NCBI GenBank assembly: GCA_963782085.1 | Contig: CAWAIL010000024.1 | Location: forward strand, 42,480 to 106,479 | Direction of reading: 5' to 3' | DNA length: 64,000 nt | Origin: an uncultured Acidobacteriaceae bacterium | GTDB taxonomy: Bacteria > Acidobacteriota > Terriglobia > Terriglobales > Acidobacteriaceae | Part shown: positions 47,177-56,879 of the stretch, piece by piece | How the letters are laid out: every line of letters starts with the position of its first letter | How positions within the stretch are numbered: position 1 is the stretch's first letter | Notes under the pieces: generated by a model | Told to the model about the DNA's origin: nothing | The model's database searches: none | What the model saw: only the letters and a program-made list of their open reading frames with translations | Position numbers and translations under genes: made by a program

Positions 47177-48280
47177 ATGGCTGTTACCGATACCGCGCTC
47201 CAATTCAAAAGCCCGCTCCACAAAATGACGCAGACCACCCCCACCTGCCTGTGGAACGATTCGGCCGCCATCGAAGAGCTCACGTATTCCATCGAGCACG
47301 GAGCGGTCGGCGCCACCTGCAATCCATCCATCGCAGTCGAGCGTGCTGAAGCAGGAGATGCGCAGCCTGGAAGCCGCGCATTCTCGAATTTGCCGCGGAC
47401 GCTGCCAACGGCGACAGAAGACGAAATCTCGTGGCGCATCGTCGAGGAAATTTCGGCAAATGCCGCGCAACTGCTGATGCCCATCTTCGAGCGCGAAAAA
47501 GGTCGCAACGGACGCCTCTCCATCCAGACCGATCCGCGCAACTACCGCAATGCGGACGCCATGCTGGTGCAGGCCATCCGCTTCAGCCAACTTGCGCCCA
47601 ACATGATCGTGAAAATCGCCGCTACGCGCGCCGGCATCCCCGCGATTGAAGAAGCTACCTACCGCGGCATCAGCATCAATGCCACCGTCAGCTTTACCCT
47701 CCCTCAGGCAATCGCAGTGGCCGAGGCCGTCGAGCGCGGCCTCAAGCGTCGCGAAGCGGAAGGCCTCGACATATCAACCATGGGCCCGGTTTGCACGCTC
47801 ATGGTCGGCCGGCTTGACGACTGGCTCAAGGTGCTGCACGACAAGCACAATCTCTCCGTCGATCCCGGCTATCTGGAGTGGGCCGGCGTTGCCGTCTTCA
47901 AGAAGGCGTACAAGATTTATCGCGAGCGCGGCTACCGCCTGCGCCTGCTCTCGGCTGCATTCCGCAATCACATGCACTGGAGCGAGTTCATCGGCGGCGA
48001 CGTGGTCATCTCCCCGCCGTGCGCCTGGCAAAAACGCTACAACGAAAGCGACATTGAAGTCGTTTCGCGCATCGACACGCCCGTTGAGCCGCGCATCGTC
48101 GAAACGCTGCTCAAGAAATTCCCTGACTTCGAGCGCGCCTATTCAGAAAATGGAATGAAGGCGGAAGAGTTCGATACGTTCGGCTCAACGCGGAGAACTC
48201 TTCGCCAATTTATTGCTGCCTGCGCGGAGATGAATGCGATCGTGCGGGATGTGATGCTGCCGAATCCGGATAACGAGTAG
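47177..48280 (+). CDS. Atypical transaldolase-family protein
   Basis: WNDS, GATCNP, GRLSIQTDPR, Schiff-base VKIAAT, INATVSF, MVGRLDD, AAFRN; ATG 47177 with GGAGG RBS. Confidence 0.88.
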   Translation: MAVTDTALQFKSPLHKMTQTTPTCLWNDSAAIEELTYSIEHGAVGATCNPSIAVERAEAGDAQPGSRAFSNLPRTLPTATEDEISWRIVEEISANAAQLLMPIFEREKGRNGRLSIQTDPRNYRNADAMLVQAIRFSQLAPNMIVKIAATRAGIPAIEEATYRGISINATVSFTLPQAIAVAEAVERGLKRREAEGLDISTMGPVCTLMVGRLDDWLKVLHDKHNLSVDPGYLEWAGVAVFKKAYKIYRERGYRLRLLSAAFRNHMHWSEFIGGDVVISPPCAWQKRYNESDIEVVSRIDTPVEPRIVETLLKKFPDFERAYSENGMKAEEFDTFGSTRRTLRQFIAACAEMNAIVRDVMLPNPDNE

Positions 48281-48346
48281 CGGAGAACCTGGTAGCGACA
48301 GATCGCGGGCTTCGGACCTCGCTCCTTCGCAACCGTCCTCCCTGAT

Positions 48347-48976
48347 CTACTTCAACCACATTTGCGGATTGCTGGTCGAAACTGCGCTCAGGCCCTGGGC
48401 CAGAAGCGCCTCTACTTCTTTCAAGTTCGAGATCAGCCCGCCTCCAACCACAGGCAGGTCAAGACCGAGCAGTTGCACTCGATCGATGAACTTCGGCGCA
48501 ACCAGGGCAGGCAGAATTTCCAAGGCATGCACGGGGGAATTCTTCAGCTGGTTGGTGATGGTATCCATCGCGCCGCTGTCGAGCAGGAACGTGCGTTGAA
48601 TAGCATAGAGACCAATCGACAATGCATGGCGTAACGGATCGAGATGGGTGGAGATGATTCCGCGGGCGCCGACCTTCTTCAGATAGTTCACTGCGTAACG
48701 GTCGCGGGAAAATCCATTCAATAGATCCAGATTCACAATCGGAATCTTGTCCGCGCCGAGAATCTGCTGGATCATTGATTCGATGTTCTCTGGGTCGCCG
48801 GCAAGCAGGTAAACCAGTTTGCCGCGCGATGCAACTGCCTGCTCGACAAATTCTGGCTTGCGGATGGCGGGGATGATCGGCGTCTCCTGGCAAAAAATGC
48901 GCAGTGGAGTCAGCGAGGGATCGGACGACTTTGCTATATTTTTTCCCAGGTCATTTCCTCCGCTGCCCATTGGCAT
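48347..48976 (-). CDS. GlpP-family glycerol-3-phosphate-responsive antiterminator-like protein (start uncertain)
   Basis: PIIPAIR, VNLDLLNG, GIISTH, IQRTFLLDS, EILPA, GGGLI, AVSTS. Confidence 0.85.
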   Translation of the reverse strand: MPMGSGGNDLGKNIAKSSDPSLTPLRIFCQETPIIPAIRKPEFVEQAVASRGKLVYLLAGDPENIESMIQQILGADKIPIVNLDLLNGFSRDRYAVNYLKKVGARGIISTHLDPLRHALSIGLYAIQRTFLLDSGAMDTITNQLKNSPVHALEILPALVAPKFIDRVQLLGLDLPVVGGGLISNLKEVEALLAQGLSAVSTSNPQMWLK

Positions 48977-50039
48977 TTGCCTTTCCCGTTGACTGCCTGA
49001 CAATCAGTTCCGACTTAACCCTGATCTGGGAGACTGACTCTTCGCCCGAAATAAGTTTCAAGAGCGCCTCCGTGGCGATCTGCCCCATGCGCCGCATGGG
49101 CTGGCGGACGGTGGTCAGTGGCGGCTCCAGATAAGAAGCAAAAAACAGGTCATCAAATCCCGTGACCGAGATGTCGTGCGGCACTCGCAGCCCACGCGCA
49201 TGGATCGCGTGCATTGCGCCGATAGCAGTCATGTCGTTATAGCAGCAGATTGCCGTCGGAGGCTGTTCCAGGGCCAGCAATCCATTCACAGCCTCGCATG
49301 CGGCTTCAGGGCGGCCATCGCCCGCAACGGCAAGCTCCGGGTGAAATGCGATTCCGGCTGCATCGAGCGCCTGTTTGTATCCGGTCAGGCGCTCCGTGTC
49401 TGAGTGATAGCCCGAGCGATCCCCCACATACGCAATGCGCGTGTGGCCAAGTTCGATCAGATGTTCGGCGGCCGCGCGGCTGCCTTCGATGTTTTCGATC
49501 ATTACGCAATGAACAAATTCACCGGGATACTGATCGTTGACGATCACAACCGGGACCATCATTTCCGCGATCAGCGGAAGATACATCGCGCCCACGCGCG
49601 AAGAGGTGACGACGATGCCGTCGACGCGTTGCTCGGCGAACGTCTGCACCATTTTGCGTTCACGTTCGGGTTCAGCATTGGAGTTTGCGAGAAAAACGCT
49701 GTAGCCGTGATCGTTGGCTGCCTGCTCGATGCCGAGAGCGACTTCGCCGGCAAACGGGTCGTTCACCGAGGTGACGACCAGGCCGATGGTGCGCGTTCTC
49801 CGTGTCACAAGGCCGCGGGCAACAGCGCTGGCGCGGTAGCCCGCATCCTCTGCAATCTTTCTTATCTTGGCTGCCGTTTTGGCGTTGACCAGGGGGCTGT
49901 TCTGCAGCGCGCGCGAGACGGTGGGGTGCGACACCTTTGCCAGGCGCGCGATGTCTTTGATCGAAGGCTGCCGGTGCATTCTTTTGGCGGCTGCCGACTG
50001 TGCCGCGCCAGGCGCTTTTCCCCCATCTTTCTGCAACAT
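48951..50039 (-). CDS. LacI family transcriptional regulator (probable iol repressor)
   Basis: SIKDIARLAKVSHPTVSRAL, ARGL, NDMTAIG, GFDD, LTTVRQP; AGGAG RBS before ATG 50039. Confidence 0.93.
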   Translation of the reverse strand: MLQKDGGKAPGAAQSAAAKRMHRQPSIKDIARLAKVSHPTVSRALQNSPLVNAKTAAKIRKIAEDAGYRASAVARGLVTRRTRTIGLVVTSVNDPFAGEVALGIEQAANDHGYSVFLANSNAEPERERKMVQTFAEQRVDGIVVTSSRVGAMYLPLIAEMMVPVVIVNDQYPGEFVHCVMIENIEGSRAAAEHLIELGHTRIAYVGDRSGYHSDTERLTGYKQALDAAGIAFHPELAVAGDGRPEAACEAVNGLLALEQPPTAICCYNDMTAIGAMHAIHARGLRVPHDISVTGFDDLFFASYLEPPLTTVRQPMRRMGQIATEALLKLISGEESVSQIRVKSELIVRQSTGKANANGQRRK

Positions 50040-50055
50040 GCTGAAAACTCCTGAA

Positions 50056-50069
50056 TGCACACGTGTACG
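50056..50069. promoter_or_regulatory. Putative autoregulatory operator upstream of the LacI gene
   Basis: TGCACACGTGTACG, downstream of minus-strand TTGACT-17 nt-GAGACT. Confidence 0.65.
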
Positions 50070-50163
50070 GCAGCCCCCAGTCTCCAGCAATCCGTGGTCG
50101 AAGTCAATGGGTTTCAGGCGCAGCAGGGCCGGGACGTTAATCTGTTCAACAGTGCATCAGTCT

Positions 50164-51567
50164 ATGCAAGCTTCCGCACCGCTTGAGCGCCGCATCGGTT
50201 TGCGTTCTGCAGTGCTCTTCAACCTGCTGGAGATGATCGGAGTTGGCCCGTTCATCACTTTGCCGCTCGTGATTGCAGCCGCGGGCTACAAACTTTCAGT
50301 CTGGGCGTGGGCTCTGGGAGCGGCGATTGCAATTGCCGATGGACTGGTCTGGGCAGAACTGGGCGCAGCATTTCCCTTGGCTGGCGGTTCGTATGCGTTT
50401 CTTCGCGAGATTTACGGACCGAAGCGCGAGGGCAACTGGCTGAGCTTTCTCTACGTCTGGCAGCTCTCGTTTACGGCGCCGCTCTCGATTGCTTCCGGCT
50501 GCATCGGCCTTTCAGGATTTCTTGCGGTTTTCTGGCCGGGGTTGCAGGCCGCTCCGGTTGCAGCGTTGCCCAATTTGCACTATGCGAACTTTGCTGCTGC
50601 GGCAACGTGTTTGCTGGTCACTGCGCTGCTCTATCGCAACATCGGTTCTGTGGTGCGCATGGCCTGGGTGCTGTTTGTCGGTGTGATGGCTGCGATTGCC
50701 GGGGTGATCACTTCAGGATTTGCCCACGCTGCGGCAACGGGCGGCTGGCACATGCCGGCGGCGCCTGCTGTGGCGGCCGGGGTAGCGCTTGGCGGGCTGG
50801 CGCAAGGCACTCTGCTTGCCACCTATTGCTATTGGGGCTACTACAACATTTGCTTTCTTGGCGGGGAAGTGCGGCGGCCGGAGCGCACTATTCCGCGCGC
50901 GATTCTGATTTCTGTTGTGCTTGTTTCTGCGTTTTATATTGTGATGAACCTCGCCGCGCTGCCGGCCTTCAAGGGCGTGGCCGCCGACGCAGGGTCCGCG
51001 GCGATGCGGGTTCAACTCGTCGCTGACATCGCGCGGTCGGCGTTCGGAACGTGGGCTGGTTACGCGATTGCCGCGCTCATCATCTGGACTGCGTTCGCCT
51101 CAGTTTTCTCATTGCAACTCGGCTACTCGCGCGTGCCCTACGCCGCTGCTCGCGATGGAAACTACTTTCGCTTTCTCGATGCCGTCCATCCCAAGCACGG
51201 AATTCCGCACCGATCGCTGGTCGCGCTTGGAGTGGTCGGAGCGCTCTTCTGCTTCTTTACGCTGGCGCAGGTGATCACGATGCTTGTGATCACGCGCATT
51301 TTGTTGCAATTCTTTCTGCAGCAATTTGGGGTGATCTATCTCCGCGTGCGCCAGCCGAATCTCGTGCGGCCGTTTCGCATGCCGCTTTATCCGCTGCCAC
51401 CGCTGGTTGCCATGGCGGGATTCGGGTTTCTGCTTGTCTATCGCGCTCATGCGTTTATGGAACTGGGAGTTGCCGCCGGCATTGCGATTTCAGGAACGCT
51501 GATCTACCTGATACGCGCAGTGCGATTGCGCGAATGGCCATTTGCGCAGGCAAAGGAGCAGGCTTAG
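50164..51567 (+). CDS. APC family amino acid permease
   Basis: MIGVGPFIT, AELGAAFPLAGGSY, YWGYYN..GGEV..P, SRVPYAAARDG, RPFRMPLYP. Confidence 0.92.
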   Translation: MQASAPLERRIGLRSAVLFNLLEMIGVGPFITLPLVIAAAGYKLSVWAWALGAAIAIADGLVWAELGAAFPLAGGSYAFLREIYGPKREGNWLSFLYVWQLSFTAPLSIASGCIGLSGFLAVFWPGLQAAPVAALPNLHYANFAAAATCLLVTALLYRNIGSVVRMAWVLFVGVMAAIAGVITSGFAHAAATGGWHMPAAPAVAAGVALGGLAQGTLLATYCYWGYYNICFLGGEVRRPERTIPRAILISVVLVSAFYIVMNLAALPAFKGVAADAGSAAMRVQLVADIARSAFGTWAGYAIAALIIWTAFASVFSLQLGYSRVPYAAARDGNYFRFLDAVHPKHGIPHRSLVALGVVGALFCFFTLAQVITMLVITRILLQFFLQQFGVIYLRVRQPNLVRPFRMPLYPLPPLVAMAGFGFLLVYRAHAFMELGVAAGIAISGTLIYLIRAVRLREWPFAQAKEQA

Positions 51568-51621
51568 CACGACGAGCTGCGGCCGGCTGCAGCTCGATCG
51601 ATGCGATGTCATACTGTTCGT

Positions 51622-52401
51622 ATGAAGGCAACGAGCCACGACGCAGAAATTCTGGATCAGTTCACGCGACAGGCTGAGCCTTTTGTTCAGCGCCACGGAT
51701 ATCGAAGCGATCCGCTGCTCGATCTGATGGCCGAATGTGCCGAGGTCAAGCCAGAGGACTCAGTTCTCGATGTCGCCTGCGGCCCGGGAATCATTTCGTG
51801 TTATTTTGCGCGCCTCGCCCGGACAGTGACCGGCGTAGACGTTGTGCCGGCGATGCTGGAGCGCGCGCGGCGTTACCAGGCTGAGCAAAAGGTTGAGAAC
51901 GTCGAGTGGCAGCTTGGATCCTCGACCGAACTTCCGTTTGGCGACAGTACATTCGATTGCGCTGTCACACGATTTTCATTTCATCATTTTCTTGAGCCGT
52001 TGGCGGCGCTGCGTGAGATGAAGCGCGTGACGCGGCCCGGAGGAATGGTGCTGGTTTGCGATGTGGCGCCGCGCAAGGAAACGCAGGCAGCCTTCAATCA
52101 TTGGGAGATATTGCGCGATCCGTCGCATACGCGGGCACTGACTGAGGCTGAATTCATGGCGCTGGGAAGGGAAGCGGGCCTTGAACTGCGGCGGCTGGAG
52201 AAATCGATACTCGATCGCGACCTCGAAGGCTTGCTCGCGGGGTCGTTTCCCAAAGAGGGTGATGCTGAACGCATTCGCACGCTGTTTGAAGCCGACATCC
52301 GGGCTGGCACTGACACGCTTGGAGTTGCAGGGAGGCGCGAAAATGGCGAAATCCACATTACTTACCCGATTGTGGTTTTCGCGTGGCGTAATCCCGAATA
52401 G
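51622..52401 (+). CDS. Class I SAM-dependent methyltransferase
   Basis: VLDVACGPG, LPFGDSTFD, FHHF, RDPSH. Confidence 0.9.
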   Translation: MKATSHDAEILDQFTRQAEPFVQRHGYRSDPLLDLMAECAEVKPEDSVLDVACGPGIISCYFARLARTVTGVDVVPAMLERARRYQAEQKVENVEWQLGSSTELPFGDSTFDCAVTRFSFHHFLEPLAALREMKRVTRPGGMVLVCDVAPRKETQAAFNHWEILRDPSHTRALTEAEFMALGREAGLELRRLEKSILDRDLEGLLAGSFPKEGDAERIRTLFEADIRAGTDTLGVAGRRENGEIHITYPIVVFAWRNPE

Positions 52402-52506
52402 CGGGGTGGCGGCTTCCGGTCGACATGATTCCGACGAATCGTGTAACGTCGGGCCCCGTTCGACTGTCTAATGGATGTAGTTGTTCTTCTCCAAGTGAGG
52501 TCCACC

Positions 52507-53484
52507 GTGTTGATGGGCAAAGTACCTGACATCCCTTCGTCTGAGATCACTTCTCGCGACGATTACTTTCGATACCTCAGCCGCAGGCGGTTTCTGAAGG
52601 GAGCGGCCGCGGCGGGCGCAGCGGCTGTTGGTGCGGGTCGGCTGGCGAAATTTGTAGCGCCAGGCGAAGCTTTTGCCGGAACCAAGCTGCAAACTGTGTC
52701 GAGCCCTCTGACCACCACCGGCGAGCAATTGACGACGTTCGACGATATCACTCACTACAACAACTTTTACGAATTTGGCGTGGACAAGGGCGACCCCGCA
52801 AAGAATGCAGGCGTACTACCGACGAGGCCGTGGGCGGTGAAAGTCGAAGGCCTGGTCGCCAAACCACAAACCTTCGATATCGACGACCTGCTGAAATTGC
52901 ATCCGCTAGAAGACCGGGTTTATCGTCACCGCTGTGTTGAAGCGTGGAGCATGGTGATTCCGTGGGTCGGTTACTCACTCTCTGAATTCATCAAGCAATG
53001 TCAGCCGCTGTCGACGGCAAAGTACGTTCAATTCCTCTCGTACTACGACAAGCACGTGGAGAAGTGGACTGGCGAAAGCACCATCTTCTGGCCGTACTCC
53101 GAAGGCTTGCGCATGGATGAGGCAATGAATCCGTTGACTCTGCTGACGTTTGGCCTCTATGGCGAGACGCTTCCCAATCAGGATGGCGCGCCGGTTCGCA
53201 TCGTAATTCCGTGGAAGTACGGCTTCAAATCGGCCAAATCGATTGTGACAGTGCGCTTCGTTGCGAAGGAGCCGCATACGACTTGGAACGAGATGGCTTC
53301 GGATGAGTATGGTTTCTATTCCAATGTGAACCCCAATGTCGATCACCCGCGCTGGAGTCAGAAAACCGAGCGGCGCATCGGCCTGCCGTTTTACCAGCAG
53401 CGCCGCACGACACTCATGTTCAATGGCTACACCGATCAGGTAGCTTCGCTGTACACAGGGATGGACTTGAAAAAGTACTACTAG
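52507..53484 (+). CDS. msrP: Protein-methionine-sulfoxide reductase catalytic subunit
   Basis: DIPSSEIT, Tat motif [41 protein letters not shown]. Confidence 0.95.
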   Translation: MLMGKVPDIPSSEITSRDDYFRYLSRRRFLKGAAAAGAAAVGAGRLAKFVAPGEAFAGTKLQTVSSPLTTTGEQLTTFDDITHYNNFYEFGVDKGDPAKNAGVLPTRPWAVKVEGLVAKPQTFDIDDLLKLHPLEDRVYRHRCVEAWSMVIPWVGYSLSEFIKQCQPLSTAKYVQFLSYYDKHVEKWTGESTIFWPYSEGLRMDEAMNPLTLLTFGLYGETLPNQDGAPVRIVIPWKYGFKSAKSIVTVRFVAKEPHTTWNEMASDEYGFYSNVNPNVDHPRWSQKTERRIGLPFYQQRRTTLMFNGYTDQVASLYTGMDLKKYY

Positions 53485-53520
53485 AGGTTTCTGGACTGCC
53501 GATTCGCCGGCTCGCTTACT

Positions 53521-54168
53521 ATGAAACGCTCGACACTGATCATTTTGAAAATTGTCACCTGGATCGGCTGCCTTTGGCTCGCAGGCTTGCTCGTGCTTGG
53601 CGCTGTGACCAACAATCTTGGGCCTGATCCAACGGCCAGGATCGCGTTTTCGACCGGACTGGCGACTCTGTATCTGCTCACGATCACCCTTGCCATCACG
53701 CCGCTGCGACGGTTGTTCCCGCAGCTCAATTGGCTCATCAAATTTCGCCGCCTGTTCGGACTCTTCGCTTTCTTCTATGCCACGCTTCACATGCTTACCT
53801 ACGTCGCACTCTATTCCGGATTCAGCATTGCGACGATGGAAGGTGATATAGCGCGGCGCCGCTTCATTACGATGGGCGTCGCGGCCTATTTGCTGCTGGT
53901 GCCTCTCGCGCTCACTTCCACAACCTGGGCGATCCGCAAATTGGGCGGCAGAAATTGGAACTGGCTGCACCGATTGATTTACCTTGCTGTGATTTGCGGT
54001 GTGATTCACTTCTGGTGGCAGGTTAAATCCGGGGTTTTGAAGCCGCTCGACATCACGATCGTGGTGGCGGTGCTTTTGCTGGCTCGGCCGGTGCTGAAAC
54101 TGTTGCAACGGCGCAAGATTCAAGCCGACGCTGAGCAAAGCAGCCTGCGCTCTCCGGTGGTGAATTGA
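53521..54168 (+). CDS. msrQ: Heme-binding membrane subunit MsrQ
   Basis: TPLR, RRLFGL, YATLH, LALTS, WLHRLIY; follows msrP. Confidence 0.93.
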   Translation: MKRSTLIILKIVTWIGCLWLAGLLVLGAVTNNLGPDPTARIAFSTGLATLYLLTITLAITPLRRLFPQLNWLIKFRRLFGLFAFFYATLHMLTYVALYSGFSIATMEGDIARRRFITMGVAAYLLLVPLALTSTTWAIRKLGGRNWNWLHRLIYLAVICGVIHFWWQVKSGVLKPLDITIVVAVLLLARPVLKLLQRRKIQADAEQSSLRSPVVN

Positions 54169-54171
54169 GCG

Positions 54172-55515
54172 CTAATGTGGGTTGTCCGCGGGGCCGTCGG
54201 GGGGTCCTCCCAGTACTTGATCCGCGTTTGACTCTCCCTGGCGGTTCGCCGGCGGATCGGGAACGGTGATGCTCACGTGGTCGACATCACCTGTGATCGC
54301 GATAGAAACCTCTGAGCCACCTGGAACTTCATTTGCGGCCGGGTTCATTGAAAAGGCGAAGCCGGAACTTACGACTTTTCCGAAGCCGTTTTCGTCATCG
54401 TTAATAGCAAACTTCGGGAGCGGATCGGCACTCGCGTCCGCGCGAAGAATGAAACTGCCTTCGGGTACCCATCGCATTTCAAACTCGCCATCCGGCGCAA
54501 TGGCGGTGCGGGCTGGTTCCTTTGTGTCCGCATAGAGCAGTTGCACCACCGCGCTGGCCGGAGGCTCGCCCGTGCTCTTCAGCACCACCTGGCCGCGAAT
54601 GGTGTGCAGTTTACTCAGCGGGATGGTGATGTCAGCATCTTTTGACGCGCCGCCGGTGTCCACCTTGATGGATTCAGCTTTGCTGGCTCTCAGTCCGTCG
54701 CCGACGTACACGTCCATGCCGCCCATCGCCTCGCCGAGCATCGCGGCTACCTGATCTTTCGCAGCCAGTTCAGCCGATGCGGTTGGTACCGACACGCTGA
54801 CCAGGTATTCGCCCGGCGGCACGCCAAGGATTCGAAAGTGGCCGCGATCGTCTGTTTTGTCGGGTTGCGATTCCCCATAGGATCGCTCATCGATCATCTC
54901 GGCCAATCGACTGCCTGTGTCCTGGCCGAGCGTTTTCAATTTGTAATGGAGCTCGAGGCCAATGGCAGGGCCGCCGTCGTCATACATCACGGTGCCGTCG
55001 ATCTCGGCGCCGCGTTCAAGGCGAATCGAGATTTGTGCGGGCTGGTCCGGCGAGATTGTCACGCTCGGAACCTGGGCCATGATCTTTTTGCGTTCGTCGT
55101 CTGGCAGCGATTCGATGTGAGTTTTCTTGAGGCTGGTGAGGAGATTCATATAGCCGGGCAATCCCGCCACAACGTAGTAGTCGCCCTGGCGAACGGATTT
55201 TATGGCAAACCGGCCTTCGAGATCGCTCGTTCCAGCGCTCTGAAAGCCCGAAGAATTGTCGGACGTATTGACCAGGAGAATCTGGGCGCCGCGCGCCGGC
55301 AAGTTCGTGTCGGCGCAATAGACGGTGCCACTGAGCGAGCCAGTTGGGACTTTTGTCCGAACGGGCCGAATTGGCTGGGGTATCGCGTCGGGCGGTGAGG
55401 TTTCATTCTGCGCCGGCACGGTTTGCTGCACTTCCTGCGCCGTACAATTCATTGCACAGGCTGCGGCCGTCAGCAGGACAACACGTGCGAACTGGGCAGG
55501 CCTTCTCATCGTCAT
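54172..55515 (-). CDS. Secreted carboxypeptidase-regulatory-like (repeated beta-sandwich) domain protein
   Basis: Signal peptide; GSLSGTVYCADT, SDLEGRF, LERGAEIDGTV.YDDG.P, TDDRGHFRILGVPPGEY. Confidence 0.75.
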   Translation of the reverse strand: MTMRRPAQFARVVLLTAAACAMNCTAQEVQQTVPAQNETSPPDAIPQPIRPVRTKVPTGSLSGTVYCADTNLPARGAQILLVNTSDNSSGFQSAGTSDLEGRFAIKSVRQGDYYVVAGLPGYMNLLTSLKKTHIESLPDDERKKIMAQVPSVTISPDQPAQISIRLERGAEIDGTVMYDDGGPAIGLELHYKLKTLGQDTGSRLAEMIDERSYGESQPDKTDDRGHFRILGVPPGEYLVSVSVPTASAELAAKDQVAAMLGEAMGGMDVYVGDGLRASKAESIKVDTGGASKDADITIPLSKLHTIRGQVVLKSTGEPPASAVVQLLYADTKEPARTAIAPDGEFEMRWVPEGSFILRADASADPLPKFAINDDENGFGKVVSSGFAFSMNPAANEVPGGSEVSIAITGDVDHVSITVPDPPANRQGESNADQVLGGPPDGPADNPH

Positions 55516-56239
55516 TCAATCTCGAGGACTTCAGAAAATTCGAGCATGCGCTGCGATACCGGCGCGTAGCTTTTACGGTGCAGCGGCGTGGGGCCGAGAC
55601 GGGCCAGGGCTGCAAGGTGTTCAGCCGTACAGTAGCCCTTGTGCATGGCGAGGCCGTAGCCCGGATACACCGAGTCGAGCTCCACCAGCAGCCGGTCACG
55701 ATGCACCTTGGCCAGAACGCTTGCGGCTGCAATGGAAAAGCTGGTTGCGTCGCCCTGTACAACGGACCGCTGCGTGCACGGCCATTCGATCGTATCGCGC
55801 CCATCAATGAGCAGATAATCCGGTACGATTACAAGCTGCTCCACGGCGAGGCTCATGGCCAGCAACGACGCGCGCCGGATGTTGATGCGATCGATCGTTT
55901 CCACGTCGACGGCTGCAACGGCCCACGCCACGGCCTTGGTGCGAATGACGACGTCAAATTCTTCGCGCCGCTCTTTTGTCAATTGCTTTGAATCGTTCAG
56001 ACCTTGCAGACGGCAGCCCTTTGGCAGGACGACGGCAGCAGCAACAACTGGCCCAAACATCGGCCCGCGACCGACTTCATCGAGCCCCGCGATGTGCACC
56101 GCGCCTGCGCGGCGCGCAGCATTTTCGAGTTTCCAACCGCAGACTGGATTCCCGCCCATGCGACCAGTATAGGAATCGCCGCTTTGCTGGCATCGGCTCG
56201 ATCCGTGTCGTTTGTGGAAAGCTGGGGCTGTTCCGCCAT
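55512..56239 (-). CDS. rnhB: Ribonuclease HII (5' end probably frameshifted)
   Basis: GLDEVGRGP, LNDSK, LIDG, GDA..SIAAASVLAKVHRD, HKGY, HRKSY. Confidence 0.93.
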
Positions 56240-56267
56240 GCTGAGTCTTGGATGCGGATCGAGAGCA

Positions 56268-56300
56268 AAAGCAAAGCCCCCAGCCTGATTGGCTGAGGGC
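56268..56300 (-). terminator. Intrinsic terminator after rplS
   Basis: Minus strand GCCCTCAGCC-aatca-GGCTGGGGGC-TTTGCTTTT. Confidence 0.7.
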
Positions 56301-56328
56301 CTGATTTTGGAAGCAGATTGACCGGAAA

Positions 56329-56700
56329 CTAGACGCGGGCCTTGCCGGTCTCGCGATCGATTTCCTTCAGACGGGCAGCCTTGCCGCGCAGTCCGCGCAT
56401 GTAAAACAGCTTGGCGCGCCGCACTTTGTAGCTGCGTATCTTCTCAATCTTGTCGATCACTTTGGAGTTGAAGGGGAAGATGCGCTCGACGCCCTGGCCG
56501 AAGCTCATTTTGCGAACGGTAAAGGTGCCCTGGGGGCCGTTATTGATCGCGATGACGAGGCCTTCAAAGGCCTGAAGCCGCTCTTTATCGCCTTCCTTGA
56601 TCTTGACCTGGACGCGAATCTGGTCGCCGGGAACAAATGCCGGCAAATCGGTGCGCTTAAGCTTATCAGCCAGGCGTTGCATAACTGGATGGATTGACAT
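56329..56700 (-). CDS. rplS: 50S ribosomal protein L19
   Basis: [44 protein letters not shown]. Confidence 0.98.
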   Translation of the reverse strand: MSIHPVMQRLADKLKRTDLPAFVPGDQIRVQVKIKEGDKERLQAFEGLVIAINNGPQGTFTVRKMSFGQGVERIFPFNSKVIDKIEKIRSYKVRRAKLFYMRGLRGKAARLKEIDRETGKARV

Positions 56701-56879
56701 GGTGACTTCCTGCTATTGATTTCAGAACCTCAAGTTTATCAAAGATTGGCAGGTTCCGCCTAATTCAGGCGATCGCGATCTGCACAGGAGGGCGTCACCA
56801 TTCGGGCTGGGGCAAGTGCAAATCTGCGCTATAGTTTCCCCTTGGGCGCGGTGCCAACGCGTCAGGACTCGAACCCGCT

